From: Terriglobales bacterium
GTDB lineage: Bacteria; Acidobacteriota; Terriglobia; Terriglobales; Acidobacteriaceae
Direction: 5' to 3'
NCBI GenBank assembly: GCA_049511995.1
Contig: JBEKXO010000009.1
Location: forward strand, 2,333-66,332
Length of the DNA: 64,000 bases
The position numbers and the translations under genes are program-made. This document shows, piece by piece, positions 45,601-53,852 of the stretch (position 1 is the first letter of the stretch; each line of letters starts with the position of its first letter). The notes under the pieces were generated by a model. That model had not been told where the DNA came from. It saw nothing but the letters and a program-made list of their open reading frames with translations, and did no database searches.

Positions 45601-46025
45601 TCCTCGTTGATGACCGTGCCCTGAGCCGGACTTTCGGTATCCAACAGCGGCGTTTCTGCCGCAACTTCGACCACGGCTTTTTGTGAAGCAACGGTGAGAG
45701 GCAAATCGAGGCTGGTGGTCTGCGTGATTTGCACGACGACGTCCTCCGCCGTAGCCTTGCTGAATCCGGCCTTTTCGGCTTCCACACGGTACGTTCCCGG
45801 AGGCAGCAGGGAAAAGGCGTAATGCCCGCTCGCGTCGCTGGTCGTGGTGCGTTCGACTCCCGCCGAACTGGTGAGAGTGATCTTTGCTCCAGCGACGACG
45901 GCGCCGCTGGCATCCTTCACCACTCCCGCGATCTGTCCGGTCGTGGGAGACTGCGCCGAAACGAGAGTGGCCAAGAAGAAAAAACCTGCCCACGTGAACA
46001 GTGAAATAGCCTTCCGCAGTTGCAT
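42606..46025 (-). CDS. TonB-dependent receptor with an N-terminal carboxypeptidase-regulatory-like domain
   Basis: The start ATG 46025 follows AAGGAGAAGG. A signal peptide is followed by GVVKDASGAVVAGAKITLT...GHYAFSLLPPGTYRV and then a plug and a large barrel ending ...FALKVNF. The 110-aa Arg/His-rich extension in the ORF track is rejected. Confidence 0.9.
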   Translation of the reverse strand: MQLRKAISLFTWAGFFFLATLVSAQSPTTGQIAGVVKDASGAVVAGAKITLTSSAGVERTTTSDASGHYAFSLLPPGTYRVEAEKAGFSKATAEDVVVQITQTTSLDLPLTVASQKAVVEVAAETPLLDTESPAQGTVINEEQIRQLPLPTRNFQQLLTLTPGTSGPVQNSAELGRGAAPIYVDGMRSTSNSVIINGTDANSIGTGSTPNLAVPATDSLQEFIVQTSQYDASQGRVAGGVVAAVTKSGTNSIHGNAYEFLRNTDLNANNYFLNRSAVPRPQYQRNQFGGTLGGPLVKDRVFFFVSYQGSRERNGTSLLNSVGTVVVPSILTNDRSEQTLDNLAQSYGVAFCATSPNLGCLQANNQMADFLLMATLPNGQLVIPSAPSNCVPVKGFCNAPVVGISKFREDQLNGNLDFQLSSKNRLSAKFFGANNPATQALFNLFGLTNALPVPGFGGTANLNQRVLSVDDTYLVTQRIVNNLHFGFGFITTGSQPQEPFTAAQLGISSPLGNLFAGMPEISVANEFDLGASPFADNTGVEKTYAANDTLSWQKGRHSLKFGGEYKHHELNETFNLYTRGQMFFLGFSGNPFADFLGAVAGTAGLTIMGSGVNNRDVLAHDVNGFVNDDWRVTNRLTLTLGVRYDYFSPFTESKGRFVGFDPDRVTTVQVPGLGAVVTGGFVQAANATNPLPGVPLVRSSLVSPDKNNFAPRIGFAWQPRSDNRLVIRGGYGVYYDRANSRLLNNQILDFPYYTLAQAFLTPISTPFVQVPQPDQFPLLFNNASVFPFGGPPAFLPRAASAVFPLTVQDVSANGIYPDLHDFRTPYIQQYGFGIENEFANNWMLNLSYVGSAGRKLYRLVDLNQAVAQTALGPAGVYSPGLSALAVQGFGLHVMQSSSDSSYNSLQASIKKRFSYGLQFLASYTWSHSFDDYSGDPTGTSDVTVVPGNQAPGMLNNYASSDFDRRHRFVFSGIYDLPKFYKGTSGFAKQAVNGWELSSVIQLQSGTPFSVLTNDTAFIQARANYVPGCNPTEGGSVRSRLDMYFNTACFASATADAAGGFGNTGRNILRGPNQKNVDISVVKFFPVTERAKVEFRSEFFNAFNNVSFQNPDNVIASPSFGQILEPSTGPRVIQFALKVNF

Positions 46026-46048
46026 ACCCTTCTCCTTATGTTTCGTCG

Positions 46049-46675
46049 CTAACTTCGTCGACGCGATACCACGCGTCCTCCGGTGTAGAGAAGAACGAGT
46101 TGATCGATGGCCTCGTCGTCGCTCATGCCTAAATGGCGTTTTGCTCCAAACAATTCTTCCGCGAGGAAGTAAGTGAAAAAATGCAAGTAAATGGTCGTGT
46201 AGGCGAGCGCGGGATCGAGGCCGGGGGGAAATGCGACCTTGGACCCGCGAATTACCGCGTTCGCATAGGTGCGAAGTCCACCCGCAATTTCGCGAAAGCT
46301 GTGAATGAAGTGCTTGTGCCGGAACTCCACCACATCGATGTACATGAGGCGCCAATAGTCGAGGTTTTCGGAGACCACGCGCCCGATCGCTTTCGCCAAT
46401 TTTCGCAGTGAATCGGGATCGAGCGATGCCATCAGGGGGATCAGTTCCTTTTGGCGAATGGCTTCCATCTTTCGGCCCTGGTCGTGAACCAGGTCGATGA
46501 AGATGTCTTCTTTCGTGTCGTAGTAGATATAAAGCTTGCCCATGGAAACCCCGGCCTTTTTGGCGATTTCGCGAACGGTAGTGCCGTGGAACCCTTTTCG
46601 AGTAAAGAGGTATAGAGCTGCCCGCTCGATCTTGAGCTTGTTCTTTTCGATGGTTCCATGGAGCAGCTTGGGCAT
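46049..46675 (-). CDS. TetR-family transcriptional regulator
   Basis: The N-terminal HTH is IERAALYLFTRKGFHGTTVREIAKKAGVSMGKLYIYY. Its stop lies 23 nt before the TonB receptor start. Confidence 0.9.
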   Translation of the reverse strand: MPKLLHGTIEKNKLKIERAALYLFTRKGFHGTTVREIAKKAGVSMGKLYIYYDTKEDIFIDLVHDQGRKMEAIRQKELIPLMASLDPDSLRKLAKAIGRVVSENLDYWRLMYIDVVEFRHKHFIHSFREIAGGLRTYANAVIRGSKVAFPPGLDPALAYTTIYLHFFTYFLAEELFGAKRHLGMSDDEAIDQLVLLYTGGRVVSRRRS

Positions 46676-46727
46676 TTATTTCGCCATCGATTTATTTCGC
46701 CGTCGAGCGCCGGGTATGATATGTCAA

Positions 46728-46741
46728 AGCGAGCGCTCGCT
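46728..46741. promoter_or_regulatory. perfect 14-bp palindrome in the divergent TetR/bdhA intergenic region (candidate operator)
   Basis: The palindrome is AGCGAGC|GCTCGCT. It is flanked by direct repeats GGTAT(GAT/C)ATGTCAA at 46713-46727 and 46779-46791. Confidence 0.45.
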
Positions 46742-46840
46742 CTTTATAAACGGCCATACAGCTTTTACTCCGGTTCGAGGTATCATGTCAAGAAACTTTT
46801 CCAGGGGCGCAATTTAGGGCGCTAGACGAGGAGGCCTTCT

Positions 46841-47614
46841 GTGAAGGGAAAAGTGGCGGTTGTGACTGGCGCTGCCAGCGGGATCGGGTACGCGATTGCA
46901 AAATCTTTCGCACTGGCCGGCGCGAACTGCGTAATCGCTGACATCGATCCCGGTTCAGGGGAACGCGCCCGTGTGGAACTTGAAGCGGTGGGTCCGGCAT
47001 GCGCCTTTGTCGCGACCAATGTTTCCGATGCAGGGGAAGTTCGCCGGTTGATGGAAGCGGCGGTGGAGAAATTCGGCCGCCTCGACATTCTCGTCAACAA
47101 CGCCGGTCTCCAGTATGTAGCTCCTGTTATCGACTTCCCGGAGGAGCGCTGGGACTATCTTATCGGCGTGATCCTGACTGGAACTTTTCTCTGTTGCAAG
47201 TACGCGTTGCCCCACATGATCCGGCAAAAATGGGGCCGCGTGGTGAATATCGCATCGCTGCACGGCAAGGTGGGGTCTCCGTTTAAAGCCGCTTATGTTT
47301 CTGCGAAACACGGCGTGCTAGGTTTGACCAAAGTTGTGGCGCTTGAAGTGGCCGAACATAACATCACGTCAAACGCGATTTGTCCGGGGTATGTGCGCAC
47401 TCCACTGGTGGAGAAACAAATTCAAGAACAGGCTCGCCGCCATGGGATTTCTCCTGAGGACGTGGTGCGAAAAATCATGACCGAGCCGGCGGCCATACGG
47501 AGGCTCCTTGAGCCGGAGGAAGTTGCAGCCCTGGCTCGCTATCTTTGTTCCGACGAAGCGGCGGGGATCACCGGGGCGGCGCTGGACATCGACCTGGGAT
47601 GGACGGCGCGTTAG
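46841..47614 (+). CDS. bdhA: 3-hydroxybutyrate dehydrogenase (SDR family)
   Basis: The start GTG follows AGGAGG. It contains KGKVAVVTGAASGIG and YVSAKHG. NAICPGYVRTPLVEKQI and the terminal GWTAR closely match my recollection of Pseudomonas BdhA. Confidence 0.8.
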   Translation: MKGKVAVVTGAASGIGYAIAKSFALAGANCVIADIDPGSGERARVELEAVGPACAFVATNVSDAGEVRRLMEAAVEKFGRLDILVNNAGLQYVAPVIDFPEERWDYLIGVILTGTFLCCKYALPHMIRQKWGRVVNIASLHGKVGSPFKAAYVSAKHGVLGLTKVVALEVAEHNITSNAICPGYVRTPLVEKQIQEQARRHGISPEDVVRKIMTEPAAIRRLLEPEEVAALARYLCSDEAAGITGAALDIDLGWTAR

Positions 47615-47630
47615 CCAGGAACACTGTCGT

Positions 47631-48272
47631 TCAGGGCGTGGCTTTTGCGTCGAAAGTTTTGATCACATCCAAAATCATTCGAACGACTGCCTCGTCACCG
47701 ATCGTGGTATTGATCATGGTGTGATAAATGGCGCGATCGGGCCATTCGACGTGGAAATATTTTTGGACAAAATCGCCTCGCTCCCGATCCACGGTGTCAA
47801 CGAGCTGATCCGCTTCCGCTATACTCTTGCCTCGAGCCAACAGACGGCGGACTTTATCTTCTCGCGGAGCATAGAGAAATACACGCAACGTGTCCGTTCG
47901 GCTCTTGAGAAATTGCTGCGACCCCCTACCGACAATGACGGAGTTCCCAGTCTTCGCCGCGTGCTGAACGACCTGTTCGGTGAACTTCAAAATGCATTCG
48001 CTATCGACCAGCTTAAGCTTGTGGGCATTGAGGCTGCCCTCATAACTTCCGCGCAAAAACGATTTGAAGAGCCGGTAATAAAGGGGATCGGTTTTTTCTT
48101 CGCGACCCTCGACGACTGACTTGGGACAGTCAGCCAGTCGCGCGATCTCCTCGGTCAGCAGCTGATCCCAAAGCTTCCAGCCGAGCCGCTTGGCAAGCAG
48201 TTGAGAGATTTCGCCTCCACCACTTCCGTACTCGCGTTCAATGGTTACGATTTTAATCATCTGGGTTGACAT
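47631..48272 (-). CDS. cytidylate-kinase-like family protein
   Basis: It contains IVTIEREYGSGGGEISQLLAKRLGW, with a P-loop-like GSGG. Confidence 0.75.
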   Translation of the reverse strand: MSTQMIKIVTIEREYGSGGGEISQLLAKRLGWKLWDQLLTEEIARLADCPKSVVEGREEKTDPLYYRLFKSFLRGSYEGSLNAHKLKLVDSECILKFTEQVVQHAAKTGNSVIVGRGSQQFLKSRTDTLRVFLYAPREDKVRRLLARGKSIAEADQLVDTVDRERGDFVQKYFHVEWPDRAIYHTMINTTIGDEAVVRMILDVIKTFDAKATP

Positions 48273-48281
48273 AAAATTCGA

Positions 48282-49172
48282 TCAGACGTGCACGGCGAGC
48301 ACGGGACACGGCCCCAACTGCAGCACACGATAGGTGGTCGATCCGAATACAGCCAGGTCCAAAGCGCCGCGGCCGCGCACGGCCATCGCCACCATGTCGA
48401 TCTGCGCCTCCGTGGCCAGCCGAATAATTTCGCGGTAAGGTTTTCCAACGCGCACCGCCGTCTTTATGTTAAGCGTCTCGCGTTGTTTCGGCGGGATCAG
48501 TTTATTCAGTTGCTCCGACGCCTTCGCGACGCATCGTTCCATCTTGTCCGGACTCGAAACGTCCTCCAACACATGCAGTAAGGTGAGTTCGGCATTATAT
48601 TCGGCCGTTGCAGAGAGAGCGTAGTTGAGCGCGCGCGCTGAATTTTCCGAGAAATCGGTACAGAAAAGAATACGGTTCAAGTGGTGGACATGACCCGGCT
48701 CTTTGTCTTCGGCCGCCGAGTCGGGTGTCGGTTTACAGATAGCCAAGACCGGGCAGGAGGTTCTCCGCATCACGCGGTCGGTAACGGACCCGATGACCAG
48801 ACGGTCATAGCCCCGCCGGCCGTGTGTTCCCATAACGATGAGTTCCGCTTTTTGCTTTTCGGCGAACGTCAAAATACAGTCCGGAGCTGCGCCGTCGTGT
48901 ACCACGAGCTCTGGGTGAATATGAGGATGGGAATGTTTCTTCACGAAGTCCGATAGTAGCTCTTTTCCACCCTCGCAAAGCGTCCGGCGGAACTCGGCGT
49001 AGTCTCCCGCGGTGGCAGCATAGTCAGCATAAGGGTATCGCGATAACTCCGCCACATGCAGGGCCACGAGCCTGGAGCGATAATGCTCGGCCAGTGACAG
49101 CGCATGGCGGTAAGCCCGGACCGAGAACTCCGAGAAATCGATGGGACAAAGAATGAGCTTGAATTCCAGCAT
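48282..49172 (-). CDS. tandem universal stress protein (two UspA domains)
   Basis: There are two repeats of ILCPIDFSE...GTHGRRG / ILFCTDFSE...AVRGRGA. Confidence 0.85.
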   Translation of the reverse strand: MLEFKLILCPIDFSEFSVRAYRHALSLAEHYRSRLVALHVAELSRYPYADYAATAGDYAEFRRTLCEGGKELLSDFVKKHSHPHIHPELVVHDGAAPDCILTFAEKQKAELIVMGTHGRRGYDRLVIGSVTDRVMRRTSCPVLAICKPTPDSAAEDKEPGHVHHLNRILFCTDFSENSARALNYALSATAEYNAELTLLHVLEDVSSPDKMERCVAKASEQLNKLIPPKQRETLNIKTAVRVGKPYREIIRLATEAQIDMVAMAVRGRGALDLAVFGSTTYRVLQLGPCPVLAVHV

Positions 49173-49204
49173 GAGTGCGTCTCACCACTTACATTCGATG
49201 ATAC

Positions 49205-50800
49205 TCATTCCGCTACGTGTGCCCCACCACCGCCGGGATCGTTCTTCTTCAGAAAAAAAGACAGGAAAAACATGATCCCCGCGCCTACGCAAAGAACCAT
49301 AAAAGTATCGATGTACGCCAGGCTCGCGGCCTGCGCTTGCAGGGATTGGTAGATTCTGGCATATGCCGTTATCTGCGCCTCGTGTTTGCCCACGCCTGAA
49401 ATCGCAAGTTGGCGACTCAGGCCAGCCGCGGCATTGGCAAAATTTGGATTGTCGACCCTGGCTTTTTCCACCAGCCTCAGTTGATGGAACTGTGAGCGGC
49501 GCGCAATCAAGGTGGTGACCAAGGACGTTCCCACGCTGCTTCCCATGTTGCGCATGAAGTTGACGATGCCGGCGACAGCGTTGTTCTTCTCCGGCGCAAT
49601 TCCGATGTAAGCGACGAGAGTAATCGGCACAAATAGAAATCCCAGACCGATCACTTGCGCGATGCGCAGCCACGTGGCAGCACTGAAGCTGATCAGCAAG
49701 TCGATTCGCTTCGTAGAATAGAACATGGCAATCGACAATGAAAGCCATCCGAAGCCGATCAGGCGGCGCGCCTGGATCTTCGTTGTCAGCTGGCCCATGA
49801 TCGGCATTTCGATCAACAGAACCAGGCCTCCCGCCGAAAGAGCAAGCCCCGCCAGTTGAGAGGTGTACCCCAATAGCGTCTGGAGGAACTGCGGCATGAG
49901 GACGAGGCTGCTGAACAATAAGATTCCCAGCGTGAACATCATCAGACTCGAGCTGGCGAAGTTAAAGCTCTTGAACATGCGGACGTCGATGATCGGCGCC
50001 TTTTGATACCACTCCCAGATCACCAGCGAAATCAGGCATACGGTCGAAGTTACGATCAAAGTCGTGATGAAGCGCGAGCCGAACCAGTCATCTTCCTGGC
50101 CCTTATCCAGCAGCACCTGCAACGCGCCGACTCCGAGCGCGAGCAGAGCGATTCCGATGTAATCCAGCTTGACGCCGGCCGACCTGAGCCGCGCTAAGTA
50201 GGGAGGATCTTCGACAAAGCGCCGCACCAGGAACCAGGTCGCCACTCCGACTGGCAGATTGATGAAAAAAATCCATCGCCAGGAATAGTTGAAGGTGATC
50301 CAGCCGCCGAGGGTCGGCCCGATCGTGGGCGCCATGATCGCGGTGATGCCATACAGCGCAAATGCTAAGCCGCGTTGTTGGGGCGGAAATGTGTCGGCCA
50401 GAATGGCCTGTGCCATGGGTTGCAACCCGCCGCCTCCGAAGCCTTGCAGCACCCGGAATAACAGTAGGAATCCCAGGGTCGGCGCGATGCCGCAAAGTAA
50501 CGAACTTAAAGTAAAGATGCCCAGACACGACATGAAAAAGCGCTTCCGCCCCAGGGCGCCTGCGAGCCAGCCGCTGATCGGCAGGATGATGGCATTCGAC
50601 ACCAGGTACGAAGTCAACACCCACGTACTTTGGTCGTTGCTCGCGCCCAGATTCCCAGCCATATACGGCAGGGCAACGTTGGCAATGCTGGTGTCGAGGA
50701 CCTCCATGAAGGCTGCGAGCGCTACAACGACAGCAATCAGCCAAGGGTTGTACTTGGGCCGCCAAACTTCCTGATCGAGGGTGAGGGCTGCGGTGCTCAT
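49205..50800 (-). CDS. emrB: DHA2-family MFS efflux permease (EmrB/QacA type, 14 TM)
   Basis: The N-terminus reads LIAVVVALAAFMEVLDTSIANVALPYMAGNLGAS. The protein is 531 aa and is adjacent to HlyD and TolC genes. Confidence 0.88.
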   Translation of the reverse strand: MSTAALTLDQEVWRPKYNPWLIAVVVALAAFMEVLDTSIANVALPYMAGNLGASNDQSTWVLTSYLVSNAIILPISGWLAGALGRKRFFMSCLGIFTLSSLLCGIAPTLGFLLLFRVLQGFGGGGLQPMAQAILADTFPPQQRGLAFALYGITAIMAPTIGPTLGGWITFNYSWRWIFFINLPVGVATWFLVRRFVEDPPYLARLRSAGVKLDYIGIALLALGVGALQVLLDKGQEDDWFGSRFITTLIVTSTVCLISLVIWEWYQKAPIIDVRMFKSFNFASSSLMMFTLGILLFSSLVLMPQFLQTLLGYTSQLAGLALSAGGLVLLIEMPIMGQLTTKIQARRLIGFGWLSLSIAMFYSTKRIDLLISFSAATWLRIAQVIGLGFLFVPITLVAYIGIAPEKNNAVAGIVNFMRNMGSSVGTSLVTTLIARRSQFHQLRLVEKARVDNPNFANAAAGLSRQLAISGVGKHEAQITAYARIYQSLQAQAASLAYIDTFMVLCVGAGIMFFLSFFLKKNDPGGGGAHVAE

Positions 50801-50853
50801 TTTGCCGTCGGCATTGGGACTAAACTCATCGAGCGGAATTCACTGAACGAAAC

Positions 50854-52134
50854 TTATTGCAGGTAGACGTCCGGCACCACGTTCATGCCTGGTCGAAGCC
50901 GGCGATCCTTGTTCTCCCCCGGATCGAGAACGATCTTCACCGGAATCCTCTGGACAATTTTTACGTAGTTTCCGGTGGCGTTCTCGGGCGGAAGTAAACT
51001 GAACAGCGGGCCCGTGGCGCCGGCAATGCTGTCCACGTGGCCTTTCAAAGTCCGGCCGCTCGAATCGACGTGGATTTCCGCTTTCTGTCCGACTCGCATG
51101 CGCTTCAGCTGGGTTTCTTTGAAATTGGCGGTGACCCACACCTCGTCAAGCGGTACAACCGTGAGGAGTTGCTGCCCGTTGGCGACATTCATCCCGACAA
51201 CCACCGTCTTAGTCACTTCACCGGTGACGGGGGCAACGATTTTCGTGTATCCGAGATTCAGTTGGGCTTGCTCGAGAAGTGCGCGCTTCTCCTGGACGTC
51301 GGCAATCGCAGCACGCACGCGGGCCTGGGTCGACGATACTTGCTGGGGGCCGGTCTCCGCGGACTTGTAGTTGGCGTCGGCTTGCGCAACGCGGCTGCGG
51401 GTCTGTTGCACGAATTGTTGCGCGGCCGACTCACTGGCGCGAGCTGCTGCGACCGTCGCGGTGCTGGCTTTAGCCGCTGCCAGGGCTTGATCGTAGATTT
51501 GCTGCGATACTTCGCGCTTGTCGACCAGCAACTTGTAACGGTGAAGATCGTCTTGCGCTTTCACATCATTTGCCTCGGCCGCCTCTACTTGCGAATGAGC
51601 CGCGGTGAGTTGCTTCTCAGCGGCGGCGACTGCGGCTTTGGCGTCTTCGATGCCAGACGCAGTGAATCTCAATTGGCTCGAAGTGTTCACCGAAGTAATC
51701 GGAACGGTGATGTTCAGCGATTTGGCGGTCTCTTCGGCATTGGCGAGATTGGCTTGTGCTTGCGCAACCGCGACTTCGTAGTCTTTCGGGTCGATCTCAA
51801 CCAGCACCGTGCCCTTTTCCACCCACTGGTTGTCGTCGACGTTGACTTTCACCACGTAGCCTGAAACGCGCGCACTCACGGGGGAGAGGTGAACATCCGC
51901 CTGGGCGTCGTCGGTCGATTCGTAGCTGTTCAACCAACGCCACAAGAATAGGCCGCCGACAACCACCACGGCGATGACGGCCAGAATCACGACGTTTCTG
52001 CGGAGCTTCGAGCTGCGGCGCACAGGCGGCGAATAGGGCCGACTCGCCAGGGGAGATGCATCGACCGCAGATGGACCGACAGGAGATTCTTTACCCGGCT
52101 CGGGCGCCGACTGCGGTGGATTTTCTTCCGCCAT
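50854..52134 (-). CDS. emrA: HlyD/EmrA-family membrane fusion protein
   Basis: It has a single N-terminal TM, a long coiled-coil (AQANLANAE...QVEAAEAN) and lipoyl/beta-barrel segments. Confidence 0.85.
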   Translation of the reverse strand: MAEENPPQSAPEPGKESPVGPSAVDASPLASRPYSPPVRRSSKLRRNVVILAVIAVVVVGGLFLWRWLNSYESTDDAQADVHLSPVSARVSGYVVKVNVDDNQWVEKGTVLVEIDPKDYEVAVAQAQANLANAEETAKSLNITVPITSVNTSSQLRFTASGIEDAKAAVAAAEKQLTAAHSQVEAAEANDVKAQDDLHRYKLLVDKREVSQQIYDQALAAAKASTATVAAARASESAAQQFVQQTRSRVAQADANYKSAETGPQQVSSTQARVRAAIADVQEKRALLEQAQLNLGYTKIVAPVTGEVTKTVVVGMNVANGQQLLTVVPLDEVWVTANFKETQLKRMRVGQKAEIHVDSSGRTLKGHVDSIAGATGPLFSLLPPENATGNYVKIVQRIPVKIVLDPGENKDRRLRPGMNVVPDVYLQ

Positions 52135-52136
52135 GT

Positions 52137-53588
52137 TTATCTTCCTTTGAAGTATTCTTTGACGCCGTCCTCAGCGGTGCCGAGGGCGCGAACCAGGGAA
52201 ATTTTCGCGTAATTATAGCTGTAGAGACTGGAGATGTACTGCTCGTGCGCGCTCGCAACCAACTCTTGCGATTGCACTACTTCCACGGTATCGGTGACCC
52301 CCGCGCTGAAGCGATCGCGCGACTGGGTAAGCGTCTGTTCCGCCAAATCAATATTGCTGCGCGCCACATTCACTTGCTGCGCCGACGACTGCAGGTTGAG
52401 TAATGCCGCGCGTACGTCGGAATCGATTTGCGCACGCAGATTGTCCAAGCGCTCGCGGCTCTGCTCAAGTTTTGCGTCGGCCTGCAAAACATCACCGTGT
52501 ACGCTGCCACCCTGGAAAATCGGAATCGTCAGCGTGCCGCGCACGTCGGCTACGGGCGTTGCCGTGGAGGGATGCGAGCCTCCCAGCCCGTAATCGCCGT
52601 TCACCGAAAGCGACGGGAGATAGCCGGCGAGCGCGGCCTTGCGGGAAAATTCCGCTGCGCGCATGTCGGCGGCCGCCGCCTGATAATCGGAACGCGAAGC
52701 GTAAGCGCGCTTCAAGGCCTCATCGACAGTAATGTCTTCGATCGGCTGGTAGGGCGACTTGTCGGTGAATTCGAATTGCTGGCCGGGAGCCAATCCGATG
52801 ACACGCGCTACGGTCAGCTTCTGGATGGCGAAGTTGTTTTTAGCCTGAATCAACTGTTGCTGCCGGGTTTGGAGTTCGACTTTGGCCCGTAGGCCGTCGA
52901 TGTCTGGTGAGGTGCCGGCATTGATCTGGTCGGCTGCCTGATCGTAGACCGCCTGCGCCGTATTGACCTGTGCTTCCGCCGTTTCAATGCGGGCTTCATC
53001 GGCGATGGCCTGCAAATAGGTATAGCCGACGGCGAGCACGACCAGATCGCGGGCGTCCCGGAAGGTGTAGGCGGCCGATTTCAAATTCTGGTTCGCCGCT
53101 CGGGTCGCGTTGATTGATTTCCAATCGAACAGAGATTGGGTCAAGTTGGCGCGCGCGTCAAAAAAAGAAAACGGGCCAACGGAGGGAGATATGTGGAAGA
53201 GGCTGGCCAGACCGGCGAAGCCGAGCTCATCGATATTGACCTTCGACTCCCCTACGTAAGGCGTTGCCGTTACATGCGGCAGGAGGGCGCTCAACTCTTC
53301 CCAGCGCTGTCCCCGCGCAGAGCGAATGTCCGCGCTCGAAAGCAGCAATCCCAGATTTTGTTTCAATCCGCGGTCGATAGCGTCCCGCAAGGAAAGCGGC
53401 AGAACTCCCGGAACGAGTTTTGCGGGTACGCTGCCTGCGAACGAACTCACTGCGCCGGTGCCAGGAATGGCTTGGCCCGGAGTGCTCGGACCGGGTGTCG
53501 TCTCGGTTTGCGCGAGGGATGCAGCCGTATTACAAATCAAGACTCCGGCCAACAGCAAAACGCGGCGGCATGTATACCTGAGCCTCAC
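52137..53588 (-). CDS. TolC-family outer membrane efflux protein
   Basis: It has a signal peptide and two tandem OEP repeats. Its stop lies 2 nt before the emrA start. Confidence 0.85.
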   Translation of the reverse strand: MRLRYTCRRVLLLAGVLICNTAASLAQTETTPGPSTPGQAIPGTGAVSSFAGSVPAKLVPGVLPLSLRDAIDRGLKQNLGLLLSSADIRSARGQRWEELSALLPHVTATPYVGESKVNIDELGFAGLASLFHISPSVGPFSFFDARANLTQSLFDWKSINATRAANQNLKSAAYTFRDARDLVVLAVGYTYLQAIADEARIETAEAQVNTAQAVYDQAADQINAGTSPDIDGLRAKVELQTRQQQLIQAKNNFAIQKLTVARVIGLAPGQQFEFTDKSPYQPIEDITVDEALKRAYASRSDYQAAAADMRAAEFSRKAALAGYLPSLSVNGDYGLGGSHPSTATPVADVRGTLTIPIFQGGSVHGDVLQADAKLEQSRERLDNLRAQIDSDVRAALLNLQSSAQQVNVARSNIDLAEQTLTQSRDRFSAGVTDTVEVVQSQELVASAHEQYISSLYSYNYAKISLVRALGTAEDGVKEYFKGR

Positions 53589-53852
53589 TCGAGCCTCCTT
53601 GCCTCAAATTTTCGTGGCGGCGTGCTAAGGGGCAATATCCTAGACCGCGCGGCTACTTCTCGCAAGGGACCTCCGATCTGCCGATGAGAGGTTCGACGTT
53701 GCAGCGCGGCAGGAGATTCAAACTAATAAACTCGAGCCGTTAGAGCATGTGGAAATGTTGATCGCCCTTGGCCAAGTGGCGGGCGAGGATGTGGTGTTGG
53801 CGCGTCCGCAGCGACGAGTTTTTTCCGGTTGGCGCGGAAAACGCTCGTGCCC

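Noticed and set aside
46026-46355. 110-aa N-terminal extension of the TonB receptor ORF, overlapping the TetR gene
   Set aside because: The extension is Arg/His-rich and overlaps the 3' end of the TetR CDS. ATG 46025 has a strong AAGGAGAAGG SD and is followed by a signal peptide.
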